Shown here piece by piece: positions 50,276 to 64,000 of a stretch of DNA of 64,000 bases. The position numbers and the translations under genes were made by a program. The DNA lies in contig NC_043013.1 of the NCBI RefSeq assembly GCF_006345805.1, positions 11,656,001 through 11,720,000 on the forward strand, read 5' to 3'. Within the stretch, counting starts at the first letter, position 1. Each line of letters opens with the position of its first letter. The DNA comes from Octopus sinensis (taxonomy: Eukaryota). The notes below the pieces were generated by a model. That model saw only the letters and a list, made by a program, of their open reading frames with translations. It had not been told where the DNA came from and searched no databases.

Positions 50276-53200
50276 TATGCGCGTGTGATGAATACTGTCA
50301 AAGAGTAGTACAGTGGTTTAACATTTTTCAAAAGTGTAGTAAGTTACACGACAATTTTGCAAAAATATTTCTGACTGAAAATACCATTCATACACGGAGT
50401 TATGAGTCTATCGACCCAATAACGTATTATTGCTAAGCTGAAATTTTTGCTAATGTAAAATGAAATAGAATGAACCTATTTTCCCGTTTTCTGAAACAGC
50501 AACGTTTTGGATTTAGACACTTTTTGCATAATAGCAACGACATACATATATTTATATGTATGTATTTATATATATATATATATATATATGTAGCATATGT
50601 TATAATTATAAAGAGGGAAAATTTCAGCCATTGTGTGTGTGTATATATATATGTGTACATATATATATTATATAATATATATATATATATATAATATATA
50701 TATATATGAATTTATATACATATATATACACACTTGGAAGATGATGCGTGGCGTTCAGTCATATAATGATATAATATATATGTATATGTGGGCACAGGAT
50801 GTCATGAAACGTGTACAACAAAAAATACGAAGCACGAGTACATGGAACCTGAACTTTTGTTTCGAACAACGAAAGACACAAATGTAAAATAAAACAAACA
50901 GCATAAAGGACAACCCTTCATCAGTTGTTCGCTGTTTTTCTAGTCTCGTATTTCGAGTATTTATCAACAATAAACACTTTCGAAAAAAGCAATTGCACCC
51001 GCAAAGTAAATTAAATAATATTCAGGATCTTGCGGACGGTCAAAATTGGTAACACAAACAGGACTGTGAAAACAAACAGGAAGGGCTGCTAAGCTAAACG
51101 AGGTTGTGGTGGTGAACGCATAAATCAAGCTAGGTCAGGAGACAAGCAAGAACACGTATATAAGGATATGGCAATCACAAAGGAACGAACGATAATCGTA
51201 TGTACTTCATTAGGTTACAGCTGTTTCCACATAATGATGTGATGGACGCATAGTTGAGACCAGACCGTCTTAGAGTTTCATCAGAGTTTCACATATGAAG
51301 TGCAATTTATTTGGGAAAAAAATACATTTAAGGATTCATAAGGGAAAATAAATACACACACATGCACACACACACGCGCGCGTACACATATACACACAAA
51401 AGAAAAGAGATAGCGAGAAAGAGAGAGAGGGAGAGAGAGACGGAGAGAGGGACGGAGATAGAGAAATGGAGAGAAAGAGGAGAGATATATAGATATAGAT
51501 ATGAATATATAAGTATCTGCATATATATATGTGCGTGTGTGCGTGTGTGAGTTTGTGTGTGTGTGTGTGTGTCTGTGTGGTGAAGTTCGTCGGTCAGGGA
51601 TATTGTACCTTCTGTAAATGTGACGTCTATATTTGATTGGAGTCCGTTTGCATAATAATTTAGTCTGAAAGATCTGTCTGTGCATGTACGTACGTACGTA
51701 AGTATGTATGTATGTATATATGTATGTATATGCGCCTATATGTGTATATGAATGCATATGTGTATATATACATTTATACATATGTATATATATATATATA
51801 GATATATATACATGAATATATATATTACAAGTATATATACATATATATACTATATATTAATATCATATATATATGTATATACCAACATATATCTATATTT
51901 ATCAATCTATATTTATTAATTTATCCATACCATTCTCTCTCTCTCTCTCTGTATATATATAATATATATATACAAACGTACGCCAACCTACATATTTATA
52001 TATAACTTATATTCATACTTTCTTCATTGGAAATTATAGATATTTGTAGGAGTATGATGTCGAATATTAATCTGTGGCGGAGCGCTAAGCATGAAGTTCT
52101 TTTTACGGTCATACGTTATGTTATGTTATGTTAGCCAACCACGTGTCCAGTGATTAGCGCAGGTTTTCATTTGGAAGTAATGGGTATTGACTTTAGATTT
52201 TTATCTTGTAAAAGATTCCCATCTTTTTCCTCATCTGTTTCCTATCAACCTCAATATACACAGTACTAATATTACATTTATATCACTTGGCATTTTTAAG
52301 AGAAATTCTAAGCAGTAGAGGTGGAAATAAGGTTGCTTTGGTAAGCTGTTGATGACGATGGCAATGGCGGCTGTAGCGGTGTAGTGGTGTAGCGGTGGTG
52401 ACTTTTGGCGGTAATAATCATAGTAGTGGTGGTGATGACGTTTATAATGGTGGTGGTGGCGGTGGTGTTGATAGTGGTGGTGGTGAAACTCTTACCTGAA
52501 ATGCAACGCGGACTTTAATTTCCTTTCTATCAATATGCTTCACATGTTCTATAGAAAAATGTCAGCAGATGAGTACCGCATAGATTTTTGTTCATGTTTG
52601 AAGTTGTGTAGTTCCTAATTGTGGCAACTCTATCGAATCTCCATTTGTGAAGAATTATTTATATATTCAATTCATCCACTGGCTGCTCTTCACCCTGAAC
52701 AGGTCATGTAATACCATTTTACTCAATTCCATCCAACTATCCATCCATCCACACATCTGTCCATTCATTCAACCATCCATCCATCCATCTATGTATCCTC
52801 AGAGCGGAGAATATTCTATGTATTTGATTTATGTACATGCTACAAGTGATGAGAGCTCGCTTAACACTGTAACAACCAAAGTAGCAAATGAAGAGGCGTC
52901 TACGTGGTCATTCGACGAGGTAAAAATAGTAGCTAAATCTCCATCGAATTACACTGTGCTATTTTTAAAGGAATGAAGATCATGTTGTACAGTATATATT
53001 TTTATATATAAAATTAGTGTAATGTCACGGTTGGAACGACTATTATCATAGATTTGAAACTGTGGGATGAAACTGATATTAGTATGCTGGGTTGAGTTGT
53101 GCTCTCAATAAACACTTGAATAACGAAATTTGAAGTGACAACCCCACCCACGCATACACTCACCAGATGAGTGTTACTTCAGAATTAATTATATAATCAA

Positions 53201-53396
53201 AATGTTTTAATTTGAAAGACGTTTTCTCTTCAGAGAAATTATAAGTTTTGAGTAATTAAATAATTTCTGTAAGGTTATTAAAACCGAAGTAAAGCTCTAA
53301 TAATGAGTGTGATTATTGACATTATGTATATATATATACGTATAAATGTGTGTGTGAGTGTGGTGTATGCGTGTGTGTGTATACATGCATATATAG

Positions 53397-53461
<65 letters not shown>

Positions 53462-53652
53462 CAACAACAACAACAACACTTAGATGGAATTTATGAATAT
53501 TTTAATTTATTGCTACACGCGTTTCTACAAATCTGGATTCTTAAGATCATAGTCCGTATTCCTGGATGTTACATTTCACTCCGTAGTACACATGGACTTC
53601 GGGTAGATCATCTTCATGCACTCATTCATTCGGACTGTAAATATATATGTAT

Positions 53653-53692
<40 letters not shown>

Positions 53693-53797
53693 TCCTGTAT
53701 GTGTATATATGCCTATATATATATAAATAAATGTAAAATATATATATGCATATGCATATATGAAGGTATCATATACGTATATATCTACCTATGTGTG

Positions 53798-53930
53798 ATG
53801 GTGGCGGTGTCTCAGTGGTTAGCGAATTCGGCTCATGATTGTAAAGTGTGTGCTCAATTCCCTGCGGCAGGCAGTCTTTGAGCAAGATACTTTATTTGAA
53901 TTTGTTACAGTCTACTCAGCTGGCATGTAT
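53798..53930 (+). mobile_element. SINE family C/E head and core fragment
   Basis: tctcagtggttagcgaattcggctcatgattgtaa..tttgagcaagatactttattt..ctactcagctggc. Confidence 0.7.
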
Positions 53931-54427
53931 GTATCTATAATTGAAAAGTACTAACCTTCTCAGATTCTTTTTGACGCTAAATCTGCCCGAAAACTACGTT
54001 AAGTGTACGTGTGTCTCAAGAATGCTCAAATTTTTTGCCTATGAGATGGATAATATGCCGTGTACCCAATATATATGTATGTATTTGGGCGGTGGTATGT
54101 CACGAAACAGCGAACAAAAACAAAGATTCATTCAACTGTGCAGCGCCACCGAAGATTCCTGATAAAATAATATAGATGATACTATTATACATTAAGCCAG
54201 TAATAAGTATAATTTAATGGAATGAATCGATCAATCTATCCATACTTGATACGTACATGAGGGTAGTACCAATTTATCAGTTGCAAATGACTTTCCTTTA
54301 CTAAAAGCTTTCGGCATCCACATAAGCTTGAATTCACGTCTCTAGCTCCTTGTTAATACGGCATCACATGAAGCACTCTATATATGCTTGCACACATATT
54401 ATGTGTTTGCGTGTTTACTCTCTCTCT

Positions 54428-54637
54428 CTTTTGTCTTTTACTTGTTTCAGTCATTTGACTGCGGTCATGCTGGAGCACCGCCTTTAGTCGAGCAAACCGA
54501 CCCCGGGACTTATTCTTTGTAAGCCCAGTACTTATTCTATCAATCTATTTTGCCGAACCGCTAAGTGACGGGGACATAAACACACCAGCATTGGTTGTCA
54601 AGCAATGCTAGGGGGACAAACACACACACACACACAC

Positions 54638-54671
<34 letters not shown>

Positions 54672-54843
54672 CATATATACGACGGGCTTCTTTCAGTTTC
54701 CGTCAATCAAATCCACTCACAAGGCATTGGTCGGCCCGGGGCTATAGCAGAAGACATTTGCCCAAGATGCCAAGCAGTGGGACTGAACCCAGAACCATGT
54801 GGTTGGTTAGCAATCTACTTACCACACAGCCACTCCTGCGCCT
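54428..54843 (-). mobile_element. SINE family A, full length
   Basis: Close match to 41687-42091. Confidence 0.93.
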
Positions 54844-55009
54844 GTTTGTGTATGACTGTGTGAGGGGCGGTAGATGTTTCTTCCTAAGTCGGTTCTTGTT
54901 GAAGAGCGCTACGTCTAAAATTGTAGCAGACATGATTGATCATCTCATCATTTATTTCTCTCACGTCAAGTACTTATTATCATATTATAGATTAATGCTG
55001 CGAGCTGAC

Positions 55010-55205
55010 ACAATCGTTAACACGCCGAGCAAGATACTTAGCGACATTTTATTCGTCTTCTTGTTCTGAATTCAAATTCCACTAAGGTCGGCTTTGATTT
55101 TCATCCATTCGGGGTTGAGAAATTAAGTACCAGTTGAACACAGGGGTCGATGAAACGCTTTAACCTCTCCTCGAAGTTGCTGGCCTAGTACCAAAATTTG
55201 AAACC
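55010..55205 (+). mobile_element. SINE family B (alternative tail), diverged; an older copy lies at ~55660-55870
   Basis: gttctgaattcaaattccactaaggtcggctttgattttcatccattcggggttgag matches the core. Confidence 0.75.
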
Positions 55206-56321
55206 AATTATAGATTTATGATATTCATTATATGTCCTCAGTTTAAAGAAAAAGGCTATATTTGGTTTGTATCTCTTCGAGATTGTGCAACCCCATTGTA
55301 GTTTCCTTCCCCGTTGTTTCACTTGCTATTATTGCACAAAAGTGGTCACTTTGGAGGTTCTGCTATTGGCTTCACCTGGTTGCTCTTTCTAGCAAATCAA
55401 CCAACTATGTCTTACGATTTATTGATGCATTTTCTCTCCTCTTCCTAGTAAGTACATCGAAGATATTAGAGATATTGTGTTGCAAATATTGAGATTTAGC
55501 AAGTATCTTGAAGTTTTGGTATTTTAAAAAATAAGTGTATTTTCTAAAAGACATTCATGGAAGACTGGACCTATTATTGTCGCAAAAATCATGTCAAATA
55601 TTCCAAACCCAAATCTGTGATCAGAAATATAAATGCTCATTAATTGTTGAATATATAAGGACGACGAACTGGCTGAATCGTTAGCAGAGTGAATGGAATA
55701 GTTAGTGCCATTTCTTCCGCCTTTATGTCCTTAGTTCAAATTTCGCCGAGGTCCAGTATGGCTTTCAGTTCTTTTGGGGCAATAAAGAACCAGTTAAGCA
55801 ATGAGCTCTATGAGACCGTCAACTAACGCATCCTTCAAAAATTTCAGACCCTTTACCTATGTTGAAATGTTAAGACATATATATATATCCAAATATTATT
55901 GAAAGATATGTGTATCACCTTCGTGAAAGAAACGCAAGGAAGCAAATTTAAATAAATGGTTTCCATACCACGCATATTTTCCTTAAAAAATAGAAATGGT
56001 ATACTTTATACATTATGTCATTTATATATGTATATATATGTATATAAATATATATATATATACAATCATACATGCATAAGTAGCCTAATATATATATGCT
56101 TATAACTTAAATGTGTTTAAATTATTACATCATTCGTGTAATATATTTAAAACATACATATATTTAAGGGATATATTTCACTGTTCTGTTATATTTTGTG
56201 TTATTTTACAAAGGATATTTATATACACTATTAAAGAATAAGCGGTAACAAAACTGTATTATGTTTATACAGAAATCCCAAGACCGATAATCTTCTTTCC
56301 ATTATCTCTGGAGTAGATACG

Positions 56322-56357
<36 letters not shown>

Positions 56358-56366
56358 ATGTGTATG

Positions 56367-56401
<35 letters not shown>

Positions 56402-57172
56402 ATATATATATATATATATATATACATATATACATATATATATACGTACATACATATATATCCGGAATGTTCGCATTTTCAAACTTATCGGATCCAAAAA
56501 CAGGAGAAACGAAAATACAAGACAAATCGAAACGAACATAGTGGATCGGTGGATGATACGAGGGGAAAAAATGAAACATATATGGATGCAAACATGCGTA
56601 CACAGAAATTAAGAAATATGTACATACAACAAATGCACGCACAAGATCACAAACAGATCCACACATATGGCAATACGGATATGTATACCTATGTGCATGT
56701 GTGTATGTGTCTGTGTTGTTATGTGAAAGACAAATGCGGGATGTCGTATAAGATAAAACTAAGGAAGCCTTTATCTTTAATGTAGAAATATGTATAAATA
56801 TGTATGTATATACATATTATATATATGTGTGTGCATGTATATGATTATATATATATATATATAATATATATATGCATACATGTATATATATATAAACATG
56901 TATACATATATATATGCTGGTGTATTTATGTGTGTATATATATGTATATATATATATATATACGTATATTTATATGTATATGTATATATATACATATATA
57001 TATATATAATATATGTATATGTATATATATATATATAATATATATATTGTATATGCATAAAATATTGCATGTGTTTGAGGAAAATTTCAAACTTCCATGT
57101 TAATATATTCCATTAAAAGTAGAGTAAAATCTTGGAAAAGGTAATATATATAATATATATATAATATATTAT

Positions 57173-57203
<31 letters not shown>

Positions 57204-57339
57204 CTATAATATATATTGTTTGGTGTATTTTGAAATCTTTTTGTTTCTTCCTTTTATATTTAAATACATTCCAAATATCTGTTGTTGTTGTTTATTTTTG
57301 TCTGTTTCATCTTCCTGAAATAGGGTACTGCATTTTAAG

Positions 57340-57731
57340 ATGTCGATGACGATTATTTCTGCTAGTATTATCGTTATTATCACACACCTACAACAGCAAC
57401 AACAGTTATCATCAACATCGTTTTCATCTCTATTTTTATCACTATCATCAACGTCATTCTCATCATCATGATCATTATCAACATCATCATCGTCATCCTC
57501 AACTCCATCATCGTCGTCGTCGCTGTCGTCGTCGTCATCATCATTATCGTCATCTCCTACATCATCATCATCATTATCCTTAACGCCGTCAACAATACCA
57601 CTCTCATCATCATGATCCCCATCTTCCTTATCAACATCATCATTGTCGCTTGTATCATCACCACCACGCTGTCGTTGTCATTGTCATCAGCGGCAGCAGC
57701 AGCAGCAGCCATGTCATGATGATGATGATGA

Positions 57732-57762
<31 letters not shown>

Positions 57763-57797
57763 AAGAAAAGAAGAAGAAGAAGAAGGAGGAGAAGAAA

Positions 57798-57857
<60 letters not shown>

Positions 57858-58290
57858 TTCAACGAAAGTAACAAAGACACCATCAAGAGCAACAATGTCA
57901 CCAACCTCATAGTCTTCATCATTATAATCATCATCAATATCATAATTATCCTCGTCTGACAAGCGTAATTAGCGCTAGACAAATAAGACTTTCGTATCAT
58001 CACTATTATCACCACGATCATCATAATCATCCACGTCATCGTCGTCATCATCGTCATCATAGTCGTTGTCATCATCATCATTGTCACCCTATTGCGAAAA
58101 TATTTAACTAACTTTTACTAAAACCGTCAGCTTCATTAGCTTGTTTATCGCAATAATCCACTCCAAATATACCCACCACCACCACCACCACCGCCGCCAT
58201 CATCACCATCGCTAAAGTTGTCACCGGTTTCATCGTTGTCCTCATCTTCATCATCATCATCATCGTTATAACCAGTGTTGTCATGGACAT
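57340..58290. repeat. Compound (ATC)/(AAG)/(GAT)/(ACC)n array
   Basis: Direct inspection; poly-D/H/R/M ORFs have no unique coding part. Confidence 0.93.
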
Positions 58291-58402
58291 AATTGTTGAG
58301 TATATTATTTACACATGCATATATGCACACTGCTTTCCATTAAGGCTCGCTCCCAAGCATGCACACATTTCCATATACGTATATACCTCTATACATACAC
58401 CA

Positions 58403-58465
<63 letters not shown>

Positions 58466-59338
58466 TAGATAGAGAGTTAGATATATATATATATATATTA
58501 GAAAAAATGAGGTAATATATATATATACCTTCACATACACCTACACATATATATGCAAATTCATATGTATACACCTCTCTACATACATCGATACATACAT
58601 ACATATGTATGCATATAAGTATATATATATAATAATATTTATATATGTGTATATACATATATATATATACGTATATGTATATGACTATGTACATGTATGT
58701 TTGTAAGACATATATATATATATTTATATAACAACATGCGTATATATATGTATATATTTATAAATTAATATCATATATATATACTATATATATATATATG
58801 TATATATGTATATGTATATGTGTGTGCGTATATGAGTATATGTATATATCCTCACACTTATATAGCTCTTGTACGCGCTAACATACACGCTTATCAAAAT
58901 AAGAATTTATCTGATGTTAGATATACGTAGTAAGATAGGATTGCTAAATGGTAAGATACCGATGGAACAAAAACACAAAATGGAAGAAGGAAAATAATTC
59001 GTTTCATCCATCGTCTTTCACAAAACGAATTCGAAGAGGTTTAGAGCCAAAGAGTAAAGTGAGAAGATTTAGAAGACAAGTGACATCAGAGCGTTTGATA
59101 TAAAAGCAGGAACTCCGATAGAAATTCCACGAATAGTGAGAAAACATTTCGACAACAGCGAGAAGAACAAGAGAAACACACTTAGTGGAACGAGAATTAG
59201 TAGAGGGAAATTTATTGTGTATACATGTATATACAAAAATATGTAAATATATATATATACGAATACGAACACACACACATACACACATATATATAATATA
59301 TACATGCATACATATAAATATAATTAATTATCTATTAA

Positions 59339-59370
<32 letters not shown>

Positions 59371-61025
59371 ATATATATATATCATATATATATATATATA
59401 TATATACATATATACATACATACATATGTATATATATATGTATATAATATAAACATATATGTATACATATTGTATATAAATACATACATATTAATGTATA
59501 TATATACATATATACATACATATATATGTATATATATATATATAAACATATATTATACATATTGTATATAAATACATGCATATTAATGTATATATATATA
59601 TATATGCATATGTATATATGCAGATAGATAGGTAGATAGATTGATGGATGGATGGATGGATGGATAGATAGACATTCGTGCATATATATGTATACTATTT
59701 ATATGTGTATTTATAAATCCCTGCGCGTACGTGTACATGCTCGATACTCGCTGTTTTCCTGTGTTTGGTCAGAATCAAATCGAATTATCGCCAACGATTA
59801 GAAAGCAAAATATAAAGATGTAAATTAAATTGACACAAAATTTTTAAATCATATATATAAAAAAAAACAGTATGTGTAATATATATTTGTGCGGGTGTAT
59901 GCGTGCGTGCGTGTGCGTGCGTGTATGTGTGTGTGTGTACATGTTTCTGCGTGTGTGTTTTAGATATGTGACAAATTTTATACAAAGTTTATTACAAATT
60001 TTCTCACCAGCCTGTTTACACAATCACTTCAGTTGATCATATCCTCAAGATATGAAATTTTCCGCTAAGAAACTTTTAAAATATTGTTTTCATATTTTCA
60101 ACAAAATAAATAAATAAATAAATAAAATAAAATAAAAAATGAAAACCTATCTGTTATATGACAATGTTGTAGCTCTTTTCTCTTTGTATCTTTAATTTTT
60201 AAGGGTGGATGTTTGTTTTAATAGCATGGGGTGTTGTTGGTGTTTGTTTAAATTATCTTCTTTGCAAACATCGTTGTTGTTATTGTCTTCCATACTTTGC
60301 TTGGTAATTTTTATATTTTATTATTAGTTCTTTTTTTCTTCACTTTTACTGGTCGTTGTTGACACAATCTTTTTGTAAAATCTATTTTGTATTTGATGGA
60401 AGATAAATTGACATACAAACAAGCAAGCACAAAAAAGATGTTTAGATTTTGTAAAAAAAAAATTATTCTTAATATCTAATCTAATTCTTTTTCGCTTCTT
60501 ATATATTCTTCCTTTAAACGGAAAATATTAAATAACAAACAATATATATATATAAATGTTTTAAAAACAAAACGCACAAACAGATTCTGATGATACAAAA
60601 CAAAACAAAAATAGGTATTTTAAAAATACAGATAGAATATTTCGCAAAAAAAAAACAAAAAAGAAAAGGCATTTCCTTCCATCACTAAAATTAAGCTTAA
60701 ATACCACACACACACACACACACACACACATTAAAAAAACATGCATGCACACACAAACACACCGCACACTACATCCATATAAAAATACGCTAGCACACAC
60801 ACAAAACACTTCCTGAATACAGACGTACTTACATGTACGCTATATATATATATATATATTATATGCGTATATTTGTGCATATTTATGAGCGTGTGTGTGC
60901 GCATGTATATGCGTGTATATATATGCATGCATGTATGTATATATATATATATATACACATATACATAAAATATATACTTATATACATAAATACATATATA
61001 CATATACGTATACATATATACATAT

Positions 61026-61072
<47 letters not shown>

Positions 61073-61491
61073 ATCATAAATATGGATAGTTGGATATGTT
61101 TAAGCGAATAAAATATATACATCAATATATATATATATACGTCAATATATATATACATCAATAATATATGTGTACGAATGAGTGTGTGTGTATGTGTTTG
61201 TGTGTGTGCGTCCTATGTACGTATTTCTGTTTGTTTCTACAATATAAATAATTTTATAAGCAACGTAAAAATTTGTTGATGATTTTCTCATCAGTTTTAT
61301 ATAAATTATGATTGTTCATATGTGGTGATGTTCTTTGTGCATCTCAAGACAAATAAGGATTTCCATTTTAATGATGTAGACAAAAGCACACATACAGTTA
61401 GACAGATATATAGATAGATGGAATAACAGACAAATATAGCTTTATATATATATGTATTTATATATTTAAATATATATATGTATATATATAC

Positions 61492-61523
<32 letters not shown>

Positions 61524-61532
61524 TATATTATA

Positions 61533-61590
<58 letters not shown>

Positions 61591-62093
61591 GTCCCCATAC
61601 ATATATGTTACACATGCATATATTTACAAATATAATTAGACAAACAAACGCATATATCCGTGTTTCTAAACCAAGATGCAAACATCAGCTTTATTAAAAT
61701 TTTAAGTATTATATTTTCACTTATTTTTCAAATTTTTATTTTCTTTCTTGTAGATTTTGCTCCTGCTGCTGCTGCTGCTACTAGTCTCCATATTGTCTGT
61801 GGTGTATTAAGTAAAATGGTGATGGTGTTGGTCGTAGCTGCGGTTAGAATTTCCTTATAAAATTGTTTAATTTTACAGCAGGAAATTTAACAAAACATAT
61901 TGACTCATTTCATTTGCGTTTAATTAAATATTTATTCAGCTTTTCCGTATTTTACAGTTTTTATTACTTTCTTAATTTTATTGTCTGTTAATTATGATTG
62001 TTCTTTTTCACATTCTTTGTTTTTTTTCATATTTACTCTTTATTTAGGAGAATTTACTTTATATATATATTGGTGTGTGTGTGTGCTATAAAG

Positions 62094-62127
<34 letters not shown>

Positions 62128-62298
62128 TGATACATATATAGATAGATAGATAGTTAGATACATATATATATACGTACATATATATATATATAAATTTTAG
62201 GTAAGTATATAACCATATGTGTGTATATATATATATATATATACATGTATACATATATATAATACTGTTTGCTGCGATTAGGAAAGTATATAACCATA

Positions 62299-62341
<43 letters not shown>

Positions 62342-62714
62342 TCATATATACAGGCGCGTAAACATTGAACTCCGATACTCTATTACAATTCAGATATTTA
62401 GACTAACTGTTTATATATAACCAAGAGAGCAAAAAGTAAACGAATATATATACTACTAATTGTTTCGGTTAATTGTAATTTCCTTGTAATTAAAAAAAAT
62501 GTTTGCTTCAATAAATAATAAGCTTACATGATTATTTGTAGTCTTCATATAGTTTTTATCTCCTTTGTTTATTCTGTACATTGAATAATTGCTTACATAA
62601 AAACATTGTGTAACAGGAGTCGATCCTTGGGCAACGTTCCATGCGTAATATCTCTCTATTTTCTCTCACTCTTTGTATACGAACTGGCCTATATGAATGC
62701 GTATACTTGTATAC

Positions 62715-62807
<93 letters not shown>

Positions 62808-62817
62808 AATGTATATC

Positions 62818-62850
<33 letters not shown>

Positions 62851-63692
62851 ATATTTGAATTCTTCCTTAGGAAGAAAGAAGTGGATTCTAATAAGGACAC
62901 AGAACTCCATCGTTAGACTGTAGATAACGAAAACAATGTCACATTTTAAACCTGACAAAAGTCTTGCACATCTTTACTGTTCCACTCACAGATTGCATTT
63001 GTAAAGTCCGAGTTTTTTTGGTTGATTTCTTTTTCCTAAAACCAGAGCTTGTCCATATTGTCAATCACACATTGAATCACAAAACCTAGTGTACCAGTTA
63101 TTATTGATGTGTGTATAAATTTATAATCTGCTTATAGAAGCTGAAGGTTTCGCAGAAGGTGTCCATAGTTATACTCCTTTCCTTTGATTATTAGCGATAT
63201 TCAAAACAGCAGGACAGTTCACATCTGTGTCGGTACATAATTTTAATTCGTTTGTCCCGAACAACAATTTTCGGTCAGTTATATTTTACACTTGAGAGTT
63301 GTTTTCATGCGAATGTAACAAATATGTGCATTTTGTTTAGGTTTGTGTATGCATTCAATAACAAGGGAATTCTCTATATTTATTCCAATATTTTTTTTTT
63401 CCGAATGGCGTTGCATACTGTTTTTGCAACAACGTCGTATCGCATAGGGAGGTAGTATTCTGATGACATTTTTAGGCAGCTGCCAATCACATGTGTGATA
63501 TGTATATATGTATGTAATTATGTATGCATATATGTGTGTATATGTATGTATGTATAAATATACATGAAATTATATATAATTCCGTACAAAAATATACAAA
63601 CACAAATACAAGCATATACGTTACATACACGCACGCAAACACATACCTACATACATGCATAAATACATACATACATACATACATGCATATAA

Positions 63693-63756
<64 letters not shown>

Positions 63757-64000
63757 TGAGAGAGAGTGAGAGAGAAAGAGAGAGGGAGAGTGATAGATAG
63801 ATAAATAGAGACATAAATGGATAGGTATACCTATGTATATATACACATATACACACAACAAAAGACATATACCTATATACTTATCAATTCATTGGTAGCT
63901 ACTATATGTGTGCGTTTGTGTATACGTGCGTCTATCAGTGTGCGTTCGCTTCTGCGCATGTCTTTGTGTTTGTACTCGTGCCTCCCTCTAACACTTGACA

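Noticed and set aside
50835-50935. Minus-strand CTGATGA-AGGG-ttgt-CCTT and a distant GAAAC-aaaa-GTT
   Set aside because: GAAA does not follow the hairpin, and no consistent three-way junction can be drawn.
51200-51300. Minus-strand CTGATGA ... GAAAC-AGCT-GTA
   Set aside because: Core halves are in the right order, but stem II does not close and the proximal stem I does not pair. At best a decayed ribozyme.

Overview
AT-rich, microsatellite-saturated eukaryotic DNA. The mix of repeat families points to a coleoid cephalopod, probably Octopus (inference). It looks intronic or intergenic: no host protein-coding exon can be called with confidence, and most ORF-track entries are translations of (AT)n, (AC)n, (ATT)n or (ATC)n repeats. 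Real coding signal is limited to transposon remnants: a Penelope-like element (GIY-YIG endonuclease, with an inverted pseudo-LTR), four R4/Dong restriction-like-endonuclease LINE fragments (mostly in TAA arrays), CR1/L2-type LINE 3' ends, and two mariner derivatives. There are also a pogo/Tigger-like MITE, a non-autonomous Helitron with stacked 5' ends, and about 25 tRNA-derived SINE copies from several families. The most striking unannotated signal is a set of hammerhead ribozymes. One family has an unusually long stem II with compensatory base changes at four loci; one of these loci is a ~417-bp near-perfect palindrome with a hammerhead on each strand. A separate canonical type I hammerhead caps a long rod-like hairpin inside a ~300-bp GC-rich, retrozyme-like island at ~49.8 kb. 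Coordinates and identities were read by eye and may be off by a few bases.
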